A stretch of DNA of 61,650 bases from Basidiobolus meristosporus CBS 931.73 (Eukaryota; Fungi; Basidiobolomycota): the NCBI GenBank assembly GCA_002104905.1, contig MCFE01000533.1, positions 1-61,650 of the forward strand, in the 5' to 3' direction. Numbering within the stretch: the stretch's first letter is position 1; the number at the start of each line of letters is the position of its first letter. Made by a program: the position numbers and the translations under genes. The notes beneath the pieces are model-generated. The model was not told the origin of the DNA. It searched no databases and was given only the letters and a program-made list of their open reading frames with translations. Positions 1 through 12,145 of this stretch are shown one piece after another.

Positions 1-252
1 GAACGAATACAACCACAGCCTTCTTTCCAGCGCCGATCTCGATCTACGGGGAACACTAGGTCAATACATCACACGGGAATCGACACATAACTGATGAACT
101 ACCTCCTTGGCAGCGGAGATTTGGACGGGGCGAAGCTCCTTCTTCAACTCGGGGACGTTGTTCTCCAAGTCGAAGAGTGCTTGAGCGACCATGAGCTCAG
201 TTTCATCGGGGGCAGCACCAGCTGGTTTCACGATTTTGTTGGAGGCAGACAT
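1..252 (-). CDS. RPS7: 40S ribosomal protein S7 (eS7), 5' part; runs off the window
   Basis: MSASNKIVKPAGAAPDETELMVAQALFDLENNVPELKKELRPVQISAAKE, then a GT-AG intron at 102-44, then IEIGAGKKAVVVFV. A 5'UTR intron also appears just upstream of the ATG. Confidence 0.92.
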
Positions 253-599
253 GGTTACTACGGTTATCGAAAGGGGGAATTAGAGAACATGTCATTGAGC
301 ATCCATATTGTGCCATCATTCATCCATTCGAGGTGGCGATTCGTGTTGGCGACGGTACATACCCTTGGAACTGGCTGGAATGATGAAAAGGGTGATGCCG
401 AGTACTCCAGCTGCCATTTATTTTCGGGGGTATCATGTGACTCGGGATCGGTTGATTTACCCACTCACTAAGCCAGCATTAAGCAAGCACTAAACCAGCT
501 AAAATTTCAATCGAACCTTACGTAAAAACGTTGATTTGAGGCTGGCGTGAACTTATCTCTTGAATCGGTGTTTGTTTATCCAGAGGCCTGCTGTACATT

Positions 600-1521
600 A
601 TGGAAACTGCTCAGAAACCCAAGAATCCCCCCTCCAACGCAGGTAATTAGAACGCTACCCAATGGTATAGAAGCCCTGCTCGCCCTAACGCTGCTCCTTT
701 AGGGCCAGCCCAAAGCCCACAACCTGCTCAGAACTCTTCGGAATGGGTGCTTGGTAAAAGAGTACGGGTCAAGACAGCGACCGACGAGGATTACGAGGGT
801 CAAATATACGCCTACGATCCGATCACCAACTGTGTTGTACTTCATATCCTTTGGAACAAACATCTGGTCGTTTATTAAGCTCATCTTTCGAGTGGTCCGC
901 ATCTTCACCATAAACCCTTAACTTAAGCCTTACAATGTTCAGCCAAACCAGTTGAATCTTCACTTCTGAAGATTTTCCAATCCACCGCCTCTCGTTACGA
1001 CTTTCGTATCCTGAAAATCAGCCACCTCAAAGACATCGTTCAGCTGGATACGAACGAAGACAAAAAGTGCGAGGATACCGAACCCTCGGTTGGCTTTGCC
1101 AACATAGATAAGATCAATACCCGTCAAACACAGGCGTTCCGCGAGACCCAGGCGAACATCGCAAGGATCGGTGTTGGGGTCGGTCAGGAAGGACAAGATA
1201 TATTTGATGCACTTAGCAAGACGTAAGTCCTGCTCCCAATATGGCTGTTGACATGGCTACTAACCACTGCTTCGCACGAAGGTTACCTTGTCGCTGGGTC
1301 AAGAACCAGATTATTGTATTGGAGGAGATATCCATCAGCCCACCGTACGATAGCGAAAGCTGTAAACCACTACGCGATCAATCGAACTCCTTGGCCAGAG
1401 TCAAGAGAGTGGTACGTGTATAGTTTGTTTGAGCTTCAGCAATATCCTTGGATGCTAACCAGATTGCCATTCATTCCTAAAGTTAGAAGGAGAGCGACGC
1501 CGCTTGGGACTTGATAAATGA
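600..1521 (+). CDS. LSM12: LSM12-like protein (Lsm domain plus C-terminal AD domain), multi-exon, head-to-head with RPS7
   Basis: Spliced translation includes WVLGKRVRVKTATDEDYEGQIYAYDPITNCVVL, RIGVGVGQEGQDIFDALSKT, LPCRWVKNQIIVLEEISISPPY and LEGERRRLGLDK*. Exon boundaries were inferred by eye. Confidence 0.8.
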
Positions 1522-1971
1522 TAATAAATTGAAATTCAATCAACCCACATTTCCTGGAATTGCCAATTTTCTCGTGAGGTATATTTGGAGCAACTCGTGG
1601 TGCATCTAAAACCCCACATAATGTTGGGAGGTTGAATGCTCATGTTTGAGGGTGTTTCACTCCAGCTCATCCCTCGCATCTACACCTGCATCCGCCCCCC
1701 GCCCTCGAAACAAAACTTTGCCTTATTTACCTCGGCAGACTTGCGACAAATGGGGAATTCATTTTGTCTGATCTCCACCGACATTCATATCTACTAAAGG
1801 AGCTCCAGTAATGATGAGTCAAGCCATTCACGAGCCAATGGTAGCAGATGGCGCATCAACAACCCATTCATCTAGAATCAACAAATTGATGCTTCCAGCC
1901 CGGCATCTGCATATAAGAAGCGCATTGCTCGGAAGCCCCCATTCCCCAAATCCACTCGATCTCCACCAGGA

Positions 1972-2780
1972 ATGTCCGAAGGCGTGGCTTTTCAAGCGGG
2001 AGCGATTTGGTCGCTCTTTATGGGTGATTACGACGGCGAAACGAAGATTCAAGAGTTATTGCAACACGGGGATTTCGGCATAGGGACCTTTCAGGTATTC
2101 AAGCTAGGCTTTTGAGAAATGCCCCGTTCTCCTCGCGCTTACCCCGCAATTCATAGGGTTTGGATGGAGAGCTAGTAGCCCTGGATTCCAAGATATATCA
2201 AGTTCCCATCAGTGGCTGCGCAATTGACGTTACTGAGGCAAAAAATACAGTACCGTTTGCGGTATTCACGAAGTTTGACTCCTCGATCGAACCTACTGAA
2301 CATACCTCAGACGTCGCTAGCTTCGAGGAGTTTGAGACAGCCATGGATGAGCTGCTTTTGAAGGAGTACGGCACCTTGAACTTCTACTACTTCATCAGAG
2401 TAGACGGCACGTTCCCAACTATGAAAGTGCGCTCGCTGTGCAAGCAAGCACGTCCGTACGAGCGTCTTTCCAAGGTGCAGAAGGAGGCCCAGGTAGAATT
2501 CACTTACGAGAATACCAAGGGCACTCTCGTGATCACCCGTTTTCCAGGGTACATGAAAACGTTGACCGTACCTGGTTATCACGTTCACTACATTAACGAT
2601 GAAAGAAGCATTGGTGGCCATGTACTTGGCTTCTCGATGGCACAGTCAGCTCAGGTGCGCACCGTTCAATGCAAAAAGTTCAATTTGGATCTCAGCCAGT
2701 CGGTTGATTTCGGAAATCTTGCCACAGATGATACTTCATTAGACAATGATTTAGTTACCATCGAGAAAAGTCGCCAATAA
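1972..2780 (+). CDS. alsD: Alpha-acetolactate decarboxylase (AlsD/BudA family) with one intron
   Basis: Exon 1 reads MSEGVAFQAGAIWSLFMGDYDGETKIQELLQHGDFGIGTFQ. After an intron (gtattc..tcatag) it continues GLDGELVALD...GYHVHYINDERSIGGHVL, with the three Zn-binding His. The start codon is uncertain and there may be an upstream exon. Confidence 0.85.
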
Positions 2781-3147
2781 ACCTAAATGTAGATTTACGT
2801 GTAACATTCCATTTAGCCATTGGCGCTAATGTGTACCTGAGGATCATTGCGGGTGCCTGAAAGTTAAGCTGTCAAATGTTGATTTATTTGCTGTATGGAT
2901 GCCGATGACATGAAGTCTAAGTGTTATCTATGCTCTAGTTTAACCTACTCTCTAGCCTAGTGTATCAACTTGCATACCAATATTATAGTTTACAGTTTTA
3001 GGTGTATAGCTAGTACCTTAAGCGAAGGCGAGGGGATATTCAACGATTATGAGTGCAGCGACACGTCAAAAGCTCATAAGGAGTGTCCGAAAGACACGAT
3101 GTTGGAAAGAACTATGGAATCGGAGATTTGGTCCAAACGTCCATCAT

Positions 3148-4581
3148 TTATACGTATAAGTCATTCTTGCCCTCCCAGTCAACACGCTTGGTCTTGACAT
3201 GTGCAAGGTAACGCAGATAGGTGTTCCGAAACATTAGCATCTTGATCTCCTCCGCAGCTTGGTCATACATGTCTACAGTAAACTGGTTCTTCTTTGCTTT
3301 ATCGACCAAGGCTCTACGCGTATTCGCTTCCAAGTTTACTTGAAACTCTGCGGAGTTTTTGATGAAGGTGTTGTAGATCTCTTGTAGCTCTGGGACCAGA
3401 TTTATTCTGTTCCCATTCAACTCTGCCTCACGCGTGTTCAAGGTGACATTTCGACAACGTTCATAGAATAGGACGTTCTCAACGGTGAAGTCAGATACGG
3501 TGAACAATTTGAAGTTTTCAAAATAAATTGGATTGCTAAGAAGGGACTCGAAGGCCTCCATGCTGAATTCGGTTTCTGCGGAGGTGCGCCGAGAGAAGGA
3601 GAACGTATGACGTAATGCGTTGATCAACGGATAGGTGACAGCAAAGAAGCTAGTCACCATCAGGGGAAGGCCCCACCACAGACTATTGGGAACATACTGG
3701 TTTAGCGTGCCGTTTTTGTCAATGTTGAGGGAAATGAGGAAGATGCAGAACCCAACGCACGACACAAGTGAAGTGACTATGAGTTCTATACGAATTCCGT
3801 AAGCGTCCTTGACCGTCCACAGCTGATAAACAAGGTATGGGAAGCATATCAAGATATAGATACAGGCAAACACATCATGCGGGTAATATTCCCAACCTTT
3901 CATGCAGTCTTCCGAGACCGCGGCAAAATTCATCACGAAGCGGGTGCTTAAAAGCTGGACGACAAACGCCACCCCTAGATGAAACATCAGGATAATAGAA
4001 ATAACGGTGCTAATGTATTGGCCAGAGAGCATGTAGCGACGGCGGTAGTACCAATTTTGGGTCAAATCGTTTCCTTTGAATCCCCACAGTTGTGGACGGG
4101 CATCCTGAAGAACTGAACCAGGATCGGAGGGGGCGCTCTGGGAGTGGGAATCCGTAAGGCCGTGCAATTCGTATGACGATCCATTGCTCTTCCTTCGGCT
4201 CCCAGTGAACAGCTTAATCAGGGATTTTGGTCGGTAGTCGGATTTCTCGGTTTGATTCAAAGCCACCGCTAACCTTGCTTCGCTAAATTTGTAATAGAAC
4301 AGTAGCCGTAGAGCTCGCGCCAAAATCGACAGGTACAGCAAGGGTTGTGCCAGAGAAGCAATCCACAGGTTTAAGAAGCAGGGAAGCTTCTCAGATGGTA
4401 GCAGTGCGACATAATTGATTATAAGGATAATGGAGGAGATGGCGCTAACGATGGTCAGACCTGGAGAACGATATCTGATGGTGTCTAAGTATCTCTTTCG
4501 CCACAGCAAAATCAGCGCGATGATGATGTGCACACTCCATACGATGGATACAGTGAGAAGAATTACCTCTCGAGTCTCCAT
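3148..4581 (-). CDS. 7TM-RGS protein (multi-pass membrane domain plus C-terminal RGS domain)
   Basis: Several hydrophobic segments, then RGS motifs FKLFTVSDFTVENVLFY, EIYNTFIKNSAEFQVNL and YDQAAEEIKMLMFRNTYLRYL. First ATG is at 4581; the open frame extends to 4683. Confidence 0.85.
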   Translation of the reverse strand: METREVILLTVSIVWSVHIIIALILLWRKRYLDTIRYRSPGLTIVSAISSIILIINYVALLPSEKLPCFLNLWIASLAQPLLYLSILARALRLLFYYKFSEARLAVALNQTEKSDYRPKSLIKLFTGSRRKSNGSSYELHGLTDSHSQSAPSDPGSVLQDARPQLWGFKGNDLTQNWYYRRRYMLSGQYISTVISIILMFHLGVAFVVQLLSTRFVMNFAAVSEDCMKGWEYYPHDVFACIYILICFPYLVYQLWTVKDAYGIRIELIVTSLVSCVGFCIFLISLNIDKNGTLNQYVPNSLWWGLPLMVTSFFAVTYPLINALRHTFSFSRRTSAETEFSMEAFESLLSNPIYFENFKLFTVSDFTVENVLFYERCRNVTLNTREAELNGNRINLVPELQEIYNTFIKNSAEFQVNLEANTRRALVDKAKKNQFTVDMYDQAAEEIKMLMFRNTYLRYLAHVKTKRVDWEGKNDLYV

Positions 4582-5545
4582 AACGTAGCAACGACTATTC
4601 CAGAGGAATAATCCAGCTATTTTCCTCTCATCACCGCCTTTTAATATTAATTCACGTAGTACGGTGACTGCAAAAAAGCTCACCTGAGGGTAGATCTTGA
4701 TTCCATCGGATCAAAGATAATTCCTTATCTCCTCTTTACTAGAACTTGTACGGCATGTAGGACACCTCAGCATCTCGAGCAAGGGCAGAGGCTATCGATG
4801 GAATCACTAGTCTATACGGAACATACTAATCCTGTTCGCCGCACTTGTCAAACGGGTTTTTTCTCAAGCTTTAGAGTTCAGCAAGGGTGGAGAGGGTAAC
4901 CAAATTTTTAGCCTAGAGCGACACTACCAAATACTGGGGATTGGCATGAAACAAACGATATGCTAACGGGTTGGCAGGAAGCAGATATAACACTGATTTT
5001 CCTTGTGCCACGACCCCATCTTTGCACCCGTAGATTATCAAATGACTACCAGATATGGAAGCTATATCTGTACGGGCGATTGACGAGTAGCACTGCAATA
5101 CATCCAGTCGACCATTTGAGCTGTGATTATCAACGATTCGAGATCTTCTCACCGGATATTGGCGAGGTCCCTCACACAATTGCCACATCTTTCTCCACTT
5201 TCTAATGGATGTGCTCGGAAATTAACCTTCTCCGGTTGTGGATGGCATAGCGTGCGGTGTACTTAATCGACAATATCCTTCAGGTATTTATGAGGGGCTC
5301 AGCCATTTTCATATCTATGGTTACGGTGTGGTCACATTCATATCGATAGTTGCCACAGAGACCATTTGTAACCGCCTTCACATTGATGAGGCCAAGAAAG
5401 GTAAATGGCAAATCATATGGGCTGATTTATATATTAAGTTCTAGTCAGGCGGGTAGCTTAGGAATTATACAAAAGAGAAATAGGGGATATTTGGGTGGTT
5501 CCTAGGGCGGTTCCTAGGGCGGTTCCTAATTTTACAGATGCTTTC

Positions 5546-5818
5546 TCAATTGCGAAGCATAGTTGGGGTTAACGTGAACCGTAACGTAACAACATGGTGG
5601 TTGAGGTTCTCCAGGGGAAACCCATCTTCGATAACTTGCTCGAAGTCTGGCGATTTCCTCATCACATCCAGCGCCTCGTCGAGGGGGAACTGGTATTCCT
5701 TCTCCTTCGATAAGAAGGATTTCCGGGATTTTCGCGCGAGGATTTGGAGGTGCTTACGAAGAAGTAGTTTTATGGTGACACCCTTGGAGCTTGTGCTGCC
5801 TTCGCTAAACCGATTCAT
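5546..5818 (-). CDS. Small hypothetical protein (90 aa)
   Basis: ATG-initiated ORF with protein-like composition and TATAAAAGCGA about 55 nt upstream. No family recognised. Confidence 0.45.
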   Translation of the reverse strand: MNRFSEGSTSSKGVTIKLLLRKHLQILARKSRKSFLSKEKEYQFPLDEALDVMRKSPDFEQVIEDGFPLENLNHHVVTLRFTLTPTMLRN

Positions 5819-6501
5819 TGATGTGAGTGGATGGTGTGCGATGTCAACTCATCACCGTGCGAATCGCTTTTATATCCGAGGTTGTTGCGGTGGTGCTGCA
5901 TGGGCTTGGAGCACACCTGTCGCCCAAGAGATTGTTTAGGGAACAGGAACCGGATCTTCCCTGGCCACCAATAGGGAGATGCGACCAAGCCAACTTGCTC
6001 AGGCCTATTGCAGACCGATCTGTTGATCAGTCAAGCGGATGGGCATTTCCATTACAATGCTAGTGATAGGTAATCGACAAACACAAAGTTGGATGGTATA
6101 TGGCTAAACAGGGAGTGGCCTCACCCATACGATGGAGATGCCACGCATGTCAGTTACTGATGGTCCATCCGGAACCCCCATGCTGTTAGTCCCTTTTGTC
6201 TCAGTCATGTAGTGGGATTCCGTTGGTCCACTGCAGAATGTTCTCGTCAATGAGGGTAATATTCGGCCAATGCATCGGTGGGCTACCATCGACAACCCTC
6301 AGAATATCCACTGATTAGCCGTGAAACAACCCTGAACTCACACTCTTGGCAGGTCGGCTTCTTTAGAACCCCTCCCCAAGACAATGTTTTAAACTCGTGA
6401 TACATCAGCCAATCCACCATATCCACCCTCCCACCACACTGACCAGAGTCGCCTCGCGTAAATCGGGAAATTTATTTCTATCAAACCAAGCCAAAGACCA
6501 A

Positions 6502-6723
6502 TCAATTCTTCAGGTAGTTCCGGTTCCGGTCTTCCAGCTTGGGTTCGCTCACGGATGGATTCTGAGCGCGTCCAGCGGACCCGCCCTCTTTAGGGTTCCC
6601 ATGCTCGTTGAGATTCGAGAGCCGTTGTGCTTCACGTTCGGCCACTTCTTGTTGGGTGGGTGGCTGAACGTTGCGGATCTCCTCATTGCTAGCCAGGTTG
6701 TCTCCGATGAAGTTACGTTCCAT
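6502..6723 (-). CDS. Small hydrophilic hypothetical protein (73 aa)
   Basis: ATG in an ACCACCATGG context, TATAAAAGCGA about 100 nt upstream, hydrophilin-like composition. Confidence 0.5.
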   Translation of the reverse strand: MERNFIGDNLASNEEIRNVQPPTQQEVAEREAQRLSNLNEHGNPKEGGSAGRAQNPSVSEPKLEDRNRNYLKN

Positions 6724-7388
6724 GGTGGTTTGTTTCTATTGGATCAGGTGTTGTTGTGAAGTTGGGGTGAATGCAGTGAGACACTTGCTCAGATGGTTGA
6801 AACCGCAGGCTTGCGTTCGCTTTTATAATGCGTGGATGTCAGTGCCGCACCAAGTAGGCAGTAATAGCCAAGGACCAGATAAGGAAATGAAGATCGTAAT
6901 GGTGATTTCAGGTTGACGACAATCCCACTGTGACGATGACATACACCACCATGATCCCAATCCTACAGCTGTTCCTCCGCTCGACGCGCGGTTGGCCGAA
7001 ATTCATGTCATTGTGCTCCGCCATGAAATCAATCATGGAGATTAGAAATGCTCGCTCCCACATCCCCATTAAATCCCACGCCCAATCCTGTACCTTCCCC
7101 AACCGGTTCGAGTCAAGAATAGGGAGCCGTTCCAGATTCATCAGTGCCAACGTCCTCAAGAGAAAAGGATTCGATTCCGGCGGTCAGGCTAAAATCTGAT
7201 TGGGATTCGACTTGATTTATTTCTCTATACCTTGGCCATGACCGTTGGTATTCACATATTAGATTGGCTTACTAGGTGATGGATTTCATTAAGTTCATGT
7301 CTGTTGGGGAAATATACTATTATGGCTTATGTACATTGCTTCTAATGGATGCTCTACTGAATCCCTCTATCTTGACTTCCCGGCTTGT

Positions 7389-8435
7389 TCCATGCTCACC
7401 TTAGTCAGCACTCTGGAGAGAAGAAAAGAGGGGCATGGTGACGCCTTTCTTCTATCGCTTGGACTGAGCCCCTTCACTTCCTGGGACTCGCTCAGAACGT
7501 CAGATCCTCCATCGAGTTGATCAGGTACATGGATACCTCTCTCTCCGAGAGAAACTCGTTGCTCGGCTCGATCGGTAGTGCTGTGACACTGCCGAGAATG
7601 AGCACGGCCACAGTGAATGCAACTTGGACAGAGATGGTGACTTTCATGTTGGATGTGGTGGTTGATGGAAGCTAGAACACCCGGATATAGTGGCTAGTGC
7701 TTGGTTGTTTGCTTGCTTGCTTGCTTAGTTGATTTACGTAGGTGTAGGTGTAGGTGTGTGAGTATGCGTTCGCGAGTGTGAGTGTGAGTGTGAGTGCGAG
7801 TGCGAGTAGGTGGATGAATGGGTAGATAGGTGGGTGTGTACGGATGAGATGTGCTGGAGTTGGCCCACAGTAAGTAACCGGTTGTGGCAATGGTGGTGGC
7901 AACGGTGGTGCTCTGAAATCACAAGCAGTGTGGATGATGATGACGGTGGTGGTGGTGGTGGATCACTTGGTCTTGCTCAAGTCTACTCTATACGATGAGC
8001 AATCCTTTCGACTGATGGCGGCGTCAGTGACAGGTGCGGTTGTTGTTGGGATGTACTCAACTGGCTTGTCTGGCCACACCAACCTCGAGGGCGCATTTAT
8101 ATCCACACTCAACATCAGGATTCCAGGTAGGTCGGCCGTTTCAGGAGCCGAGTATATCCATATTAGCTAATTTCCTGTCTCATCAACATTGTCGAGCATA
8201 AGTGGAATGTCATTAGTGTTCTATTCGCTATTCGCCGTTTTCCATTCACCATTCACCGTCACCACCAGCCTCTCCCCTTATCCGCTTGCTTCTTTCCCCA
8301 TCCAGTTCATCTATCGTTTACCATCTCCCCTCCCCCCTCCCTTCAGCACCCCCTTTTTTTGCTTAGAGTTGCATTGATACGAGTACGAATCCAGGCACCC
8401 TACGGATCTCTCTATATGGTAATCAACATGTAACT
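7389..8435 (-). repeat. Inverted duplication, left arm (~1.05 kb)
   Basis: Reverse complement of 10457-11507 at high identity. Differences are mainly microsatellite length changes (GGT, GTGA, TTGC) and a few substitutions. Confidence 0.95.
7401..7647 (-). CDS. Small secreted peptide precursor, copy 1 (3' end unresolved)
   Basis: MKVTISVQVAFTVAVLILGSVTA-LPIEPSNEFLSERE (signal-peptide-like), a probable 56-nt intron, then EVKGLSPSDRRKASPCPSFLLSRVLTK. Confidence 0.55.
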
Positions 8436-8836
8436 CTATAGAGCGATCAAGGAGCGCTTTTCTAGCTTCTTGCATACGCTTATATATGCCGGAGCTGACC
8501 GATATTTATCAAGATTTGATCAGAGTTTTTGGTTTGTATTCTCGTGTTGCTTGCCCTCAGATTCTCATCGAAACAAGCGGGCACATAAGCTATGTTGCGG
8601 TTACGCAAAATTGTATAGCATTCACAACATTGCCAGACACTCATGAGAAATTGAAGAAATGAAACCCATTTTTAGCATTGCATTCAAGTAGTGGATGCTG
8701 AATGCTCATCGCGGTCCAATCAGCAATCTCACGCAAGGATCATTTTTGATTCATCCTTTACCAAGCATATACAACGCAACACCACGACTTCACAGTAGTA
8801 AACGAGTAGAGGTGATCGCGACGAGCTTACACAACC

Positions 8837-10272
8837 ATGGCACCACTCGACAACAAAACTTTACAGACCAAACTCCATATCGACTACATCAAAAGCCTTG
8901 ATACGGTGCGTATTGGGATTTACCCCTTTTGAACTGGCGCAGAAGTTGGTGTCTAGGCAACAACCCACCCACCACTCGCCCGTAACTAGTGTACAGCGAT
9001 AGTAATATTTGTTCGTTAATATGATATAGAGAAAGGATGATCTTGAGTACTGGATGACGGAACATCTCCGGGTGAACGGCATCTACTGGGGTCTGACCGC
9101 TCTGTCGCTCTTGGATTCTATCGAGACCCTTGATAGAGAAGAGGTGATAAAATTGCTTCAACAATGTCAACATGAAAATGGTAACCAAAACTGGCCCGCC
9201 CTTCCACCCACTTTCTTCGGACTAAACCCCATTCTCAACGTACAAGGTGGCTTTGGTGGATATCTTGGCCACGATCCTCACTTGATATACACTCTGAGCG
9301 CAGTTCAGGTGCTGGTGATCTATGGAGCACTGGATTCGGTGAACGTTGACAAGATTGTGGAATGTACGTGGACATGTTGCGTTCCCTCGCGGGGCCTACG
9401 GACTCAACTTTCTTCTAGACGTCTCCGGTTTACAGAACGAAGACGGCTCTTTTTGCGGAGACCAGTGGGGCGAAATCGATAGCCGGTTTTCCTACTGCGC
9501 GATCTCCTGCCTGTCTCTCCTAGGAAGACTGGATGTCATCGACGTGGAGAAAGCGGCGGATTTTGTCAACCAGTGTAAAAACTTCGATGGTGGCTATGGC
9601 AGTGTCCCTGGAGCCGAGTCCCACGCCGCCCAAGGTAAATCCAGTTTCGTTTGCTCTCATCGCACCCAGGGCTGATCTAATATGTTGTTTTGCAGTGTTT
9701 TGTTGTGTCGGTGCTTTATCCATCACTAAGAGGCTGGATTTGGTCGATTCGGAGCTGCTTGGATGGTGGCTAAGCGAACGTCAACTTAAAAACGGTGGAT
9801 TAAATGGCAGACCACAGAAACTGGAAGATGTAAGAGCACTGATTCCTAGCCCAGCTTACTCGATGAGACCCACTAACCCCGCCAATAGGTGTGCTACTCC
9901 TGGTGGGTTCTATCCTCCATGAGTATGATCGGGCGCTTGCATTGGATTGACAAAGACTCTCTGATAGCCTTCATTCTGGGAACACAGGTATTTGTATAAC
10001 CGTATTCGTTTCGATCTTCCAGCTAATCTCCATTCGGGCAGGATTTGGAGACGGGAGGGTTTGCTGATCGTTCAGGGAATATGCCTGACGTTTATCATAC
10101 AGTATTTGGCCTTTGCGGTAATTTCATCAATCCCCTGAACCTTGTGTTGCTTTCTTATAATCTAACTCGTAATCCCATGTCAGGCCTCTCGCTTCTGGGT
10201 TATCCTGGGCTTCAGGAAGTGGATCCAGTATATTGCATGCCAAAGCGGGTCATGGACAAACTATTAAACTAA
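8837..10272 (+). CDS. BET2: Geranylgeranyltransferase type II (Rab GGTase) beta subunit, multi-exon
   Basis: [101 protein letters not shown]. Confidence 0.93.
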
Positions 10273-10456
10273 GCAGCCATTGCTTGTTTAATAAACTATG
10301 CAGTTGGAAACAACAGTATTACTCGTCATGGATAAGTTAAAAGACAGCAATATCTATCATTTATTGTAGCATGGCACATATATGAAGACAGCCAGCAAAT
10401 AGAAGCAACTACATTAAAAGGGCTGTTAGTCGGAATGTCCTCACTGATGATTCTTT

Positions 10457-11507
10457 AGTTACATGTTGATTACCATATAGAGAGATCCGTAGGGTGCCTG
10501 GATTCGTACTCGTATCAATGCAACTCTAAGCAAAAAAAAGGGGGTACTGAAGGGAGGGGGGAGGGGAGATGGTAAACGATAGATGAACTGGATGGGGAAA
10601 GAAGCAAGCGGATAAGGGGAGAGGCTGGTGGTGACGGTGAATGGTGAATGGCAAATGACGAATAGCGAATAGAACACTAATGACATTCCACTTATGCTCG
10701 ACAATGTTGATGAGACAGGAAATTAGCTAATATGGATATACTCGGCTCCTGAAACGGCCGACCTACCTGGAATCCTGATGTTGAGTGTGGATATAAATGC
10801 GCCCTCGAGGTTGGTGTGGCCAGACAAGCCAGCTGAGTACATCCCAACAACAACCGCACCTGTCACTGACACCGCCATCAGTCGGAAAGGATTGCTCATC
10901 AAATAGAGTAGACTTGAGCAAGACCAAGTGATCCACCACCACCACCACCACCACCACCACCGTCATCATCGTCCACACTGCTTGTGATTTCAGAGCACCA
11001 CCGTTGCCACCACCATTGCCACAACCGGTTACTTACTGTGGGCCAACTCCAGCACATCTCATCCGTACACACCCACCTATCTACCCATTCATCCACCTAC
11101 TCGCACTCACACTCACACTCACACTTGCGAACGCATACTCACACACATACACCTACACCTACGTAAATCAACTAAGCAAGCAAGCAAACAACCAAGCACT
11201 AGCCACTATATCCGGGTGTTCTAGCTTCCATCAACCACCACATCCAACATGAAAGTCACCATCTCTGTCCAAGTTGCATTCACTGTGGCCGTGCTCATTC
11301 TCGGCAGTGTCACAGCACTACCGATCGAGCCGAGCAACGAGTTTCTCTCGGAGAGAGAGGTATCCATGTACCTGATCAACTCGATGGAGGATCTGACGTT
11401 CTGAGCGAGTCCCAGGAAGTGGAGGGGCTCAGTCCAAGCGATAGAAGAAAGGTGACACCATGCCCCTCTTTTCTTCTCTCCAGAGTGCTGACTAAGGTGA
11501 GCATGGA
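10457..11507 (+). repeat. Inverted duplication, right arm (~1.05 kb)
   Basis: Reverse complement of 7389-8435. Confidence 0.95.
11249..11496 (+). CDS. Small secreted peptide precursor, copy 2 (3' end unresolved)
   Basis: Same signal peptide as copy 1, probable intron 11360-11415, then EVEGLSPSDRRKVTPCPSFLLSRVLTK. Without further splicing the frame stays open to 11619. Confidence 0.55.
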
Positions 11508-12145
11508 GTACGATAACCCAAAAGGTAGTGAACTGAGGCCAAAGTGGCGACTAGCAAGCATCGGGATGAAGGAAGCAAGCAAGCCAGATGGCAATGTAGA
11601 TAAGCAAACGATATTATAAATCCCCACCAGAAATCCGGACGATGTAATGTAACAATACCCAACAGCCTAGAATACTTAGCAAAATTAAAAATAAAAAGGG
11701 GATCAGGATTGGAATGCGATTGATTGGTATGACCGGTATATCTTTTCCTCAGTTGCGCCTACAACCAAAGGAGAATCCCCAAGTAACATGGGCTGATGGA
11801 AATCAATCTACATGACCGTGCCAACGGAGGATGATTTCATCCCGGCGAAAATCGAATGGATGGCTGCTATTTTAAATGAGCGGTGTACCAATCACGAAGG
11901 GAATCCCAAATGAATTTAAAACATACCAAGTGTGCCATCCATGTGACCTGTTGATCGGCATTTGCTGGAGCATTTCCCAAGCAATGGCAGGGACTTATTT
12001 TTAATCCCACCTCGACGCCGCCTCGCCAATCTCGGCCAGACCCATTTCCCCCTTCCCCATATATAGATGGCCACTCTCTAGCCGGCGGGGTTTTCGAATC
12101 TGATTTTTCCAAATAAACCCCGGCAGCACCCATTCTCTTCTAGCC

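Noticed and set aside
258-365. snoRNA in the RPS7 5'UTR intron
   Set aside because: No convincing C/D or H/ACA boxes.
5498-5530. Short tandem repeat GGTTCCTAGGGC x2.5
   Set aside because: Too short and isolated to interpret, and not telomeric.
7672-7998. His/Ser/Thr-repeat ORFs in the inverted-repeat arms (also 10899-11252)
   Set aside because: They are translations of GGT, GTGA and GTAG microsatellites, and the frames are not conserved between the arms.
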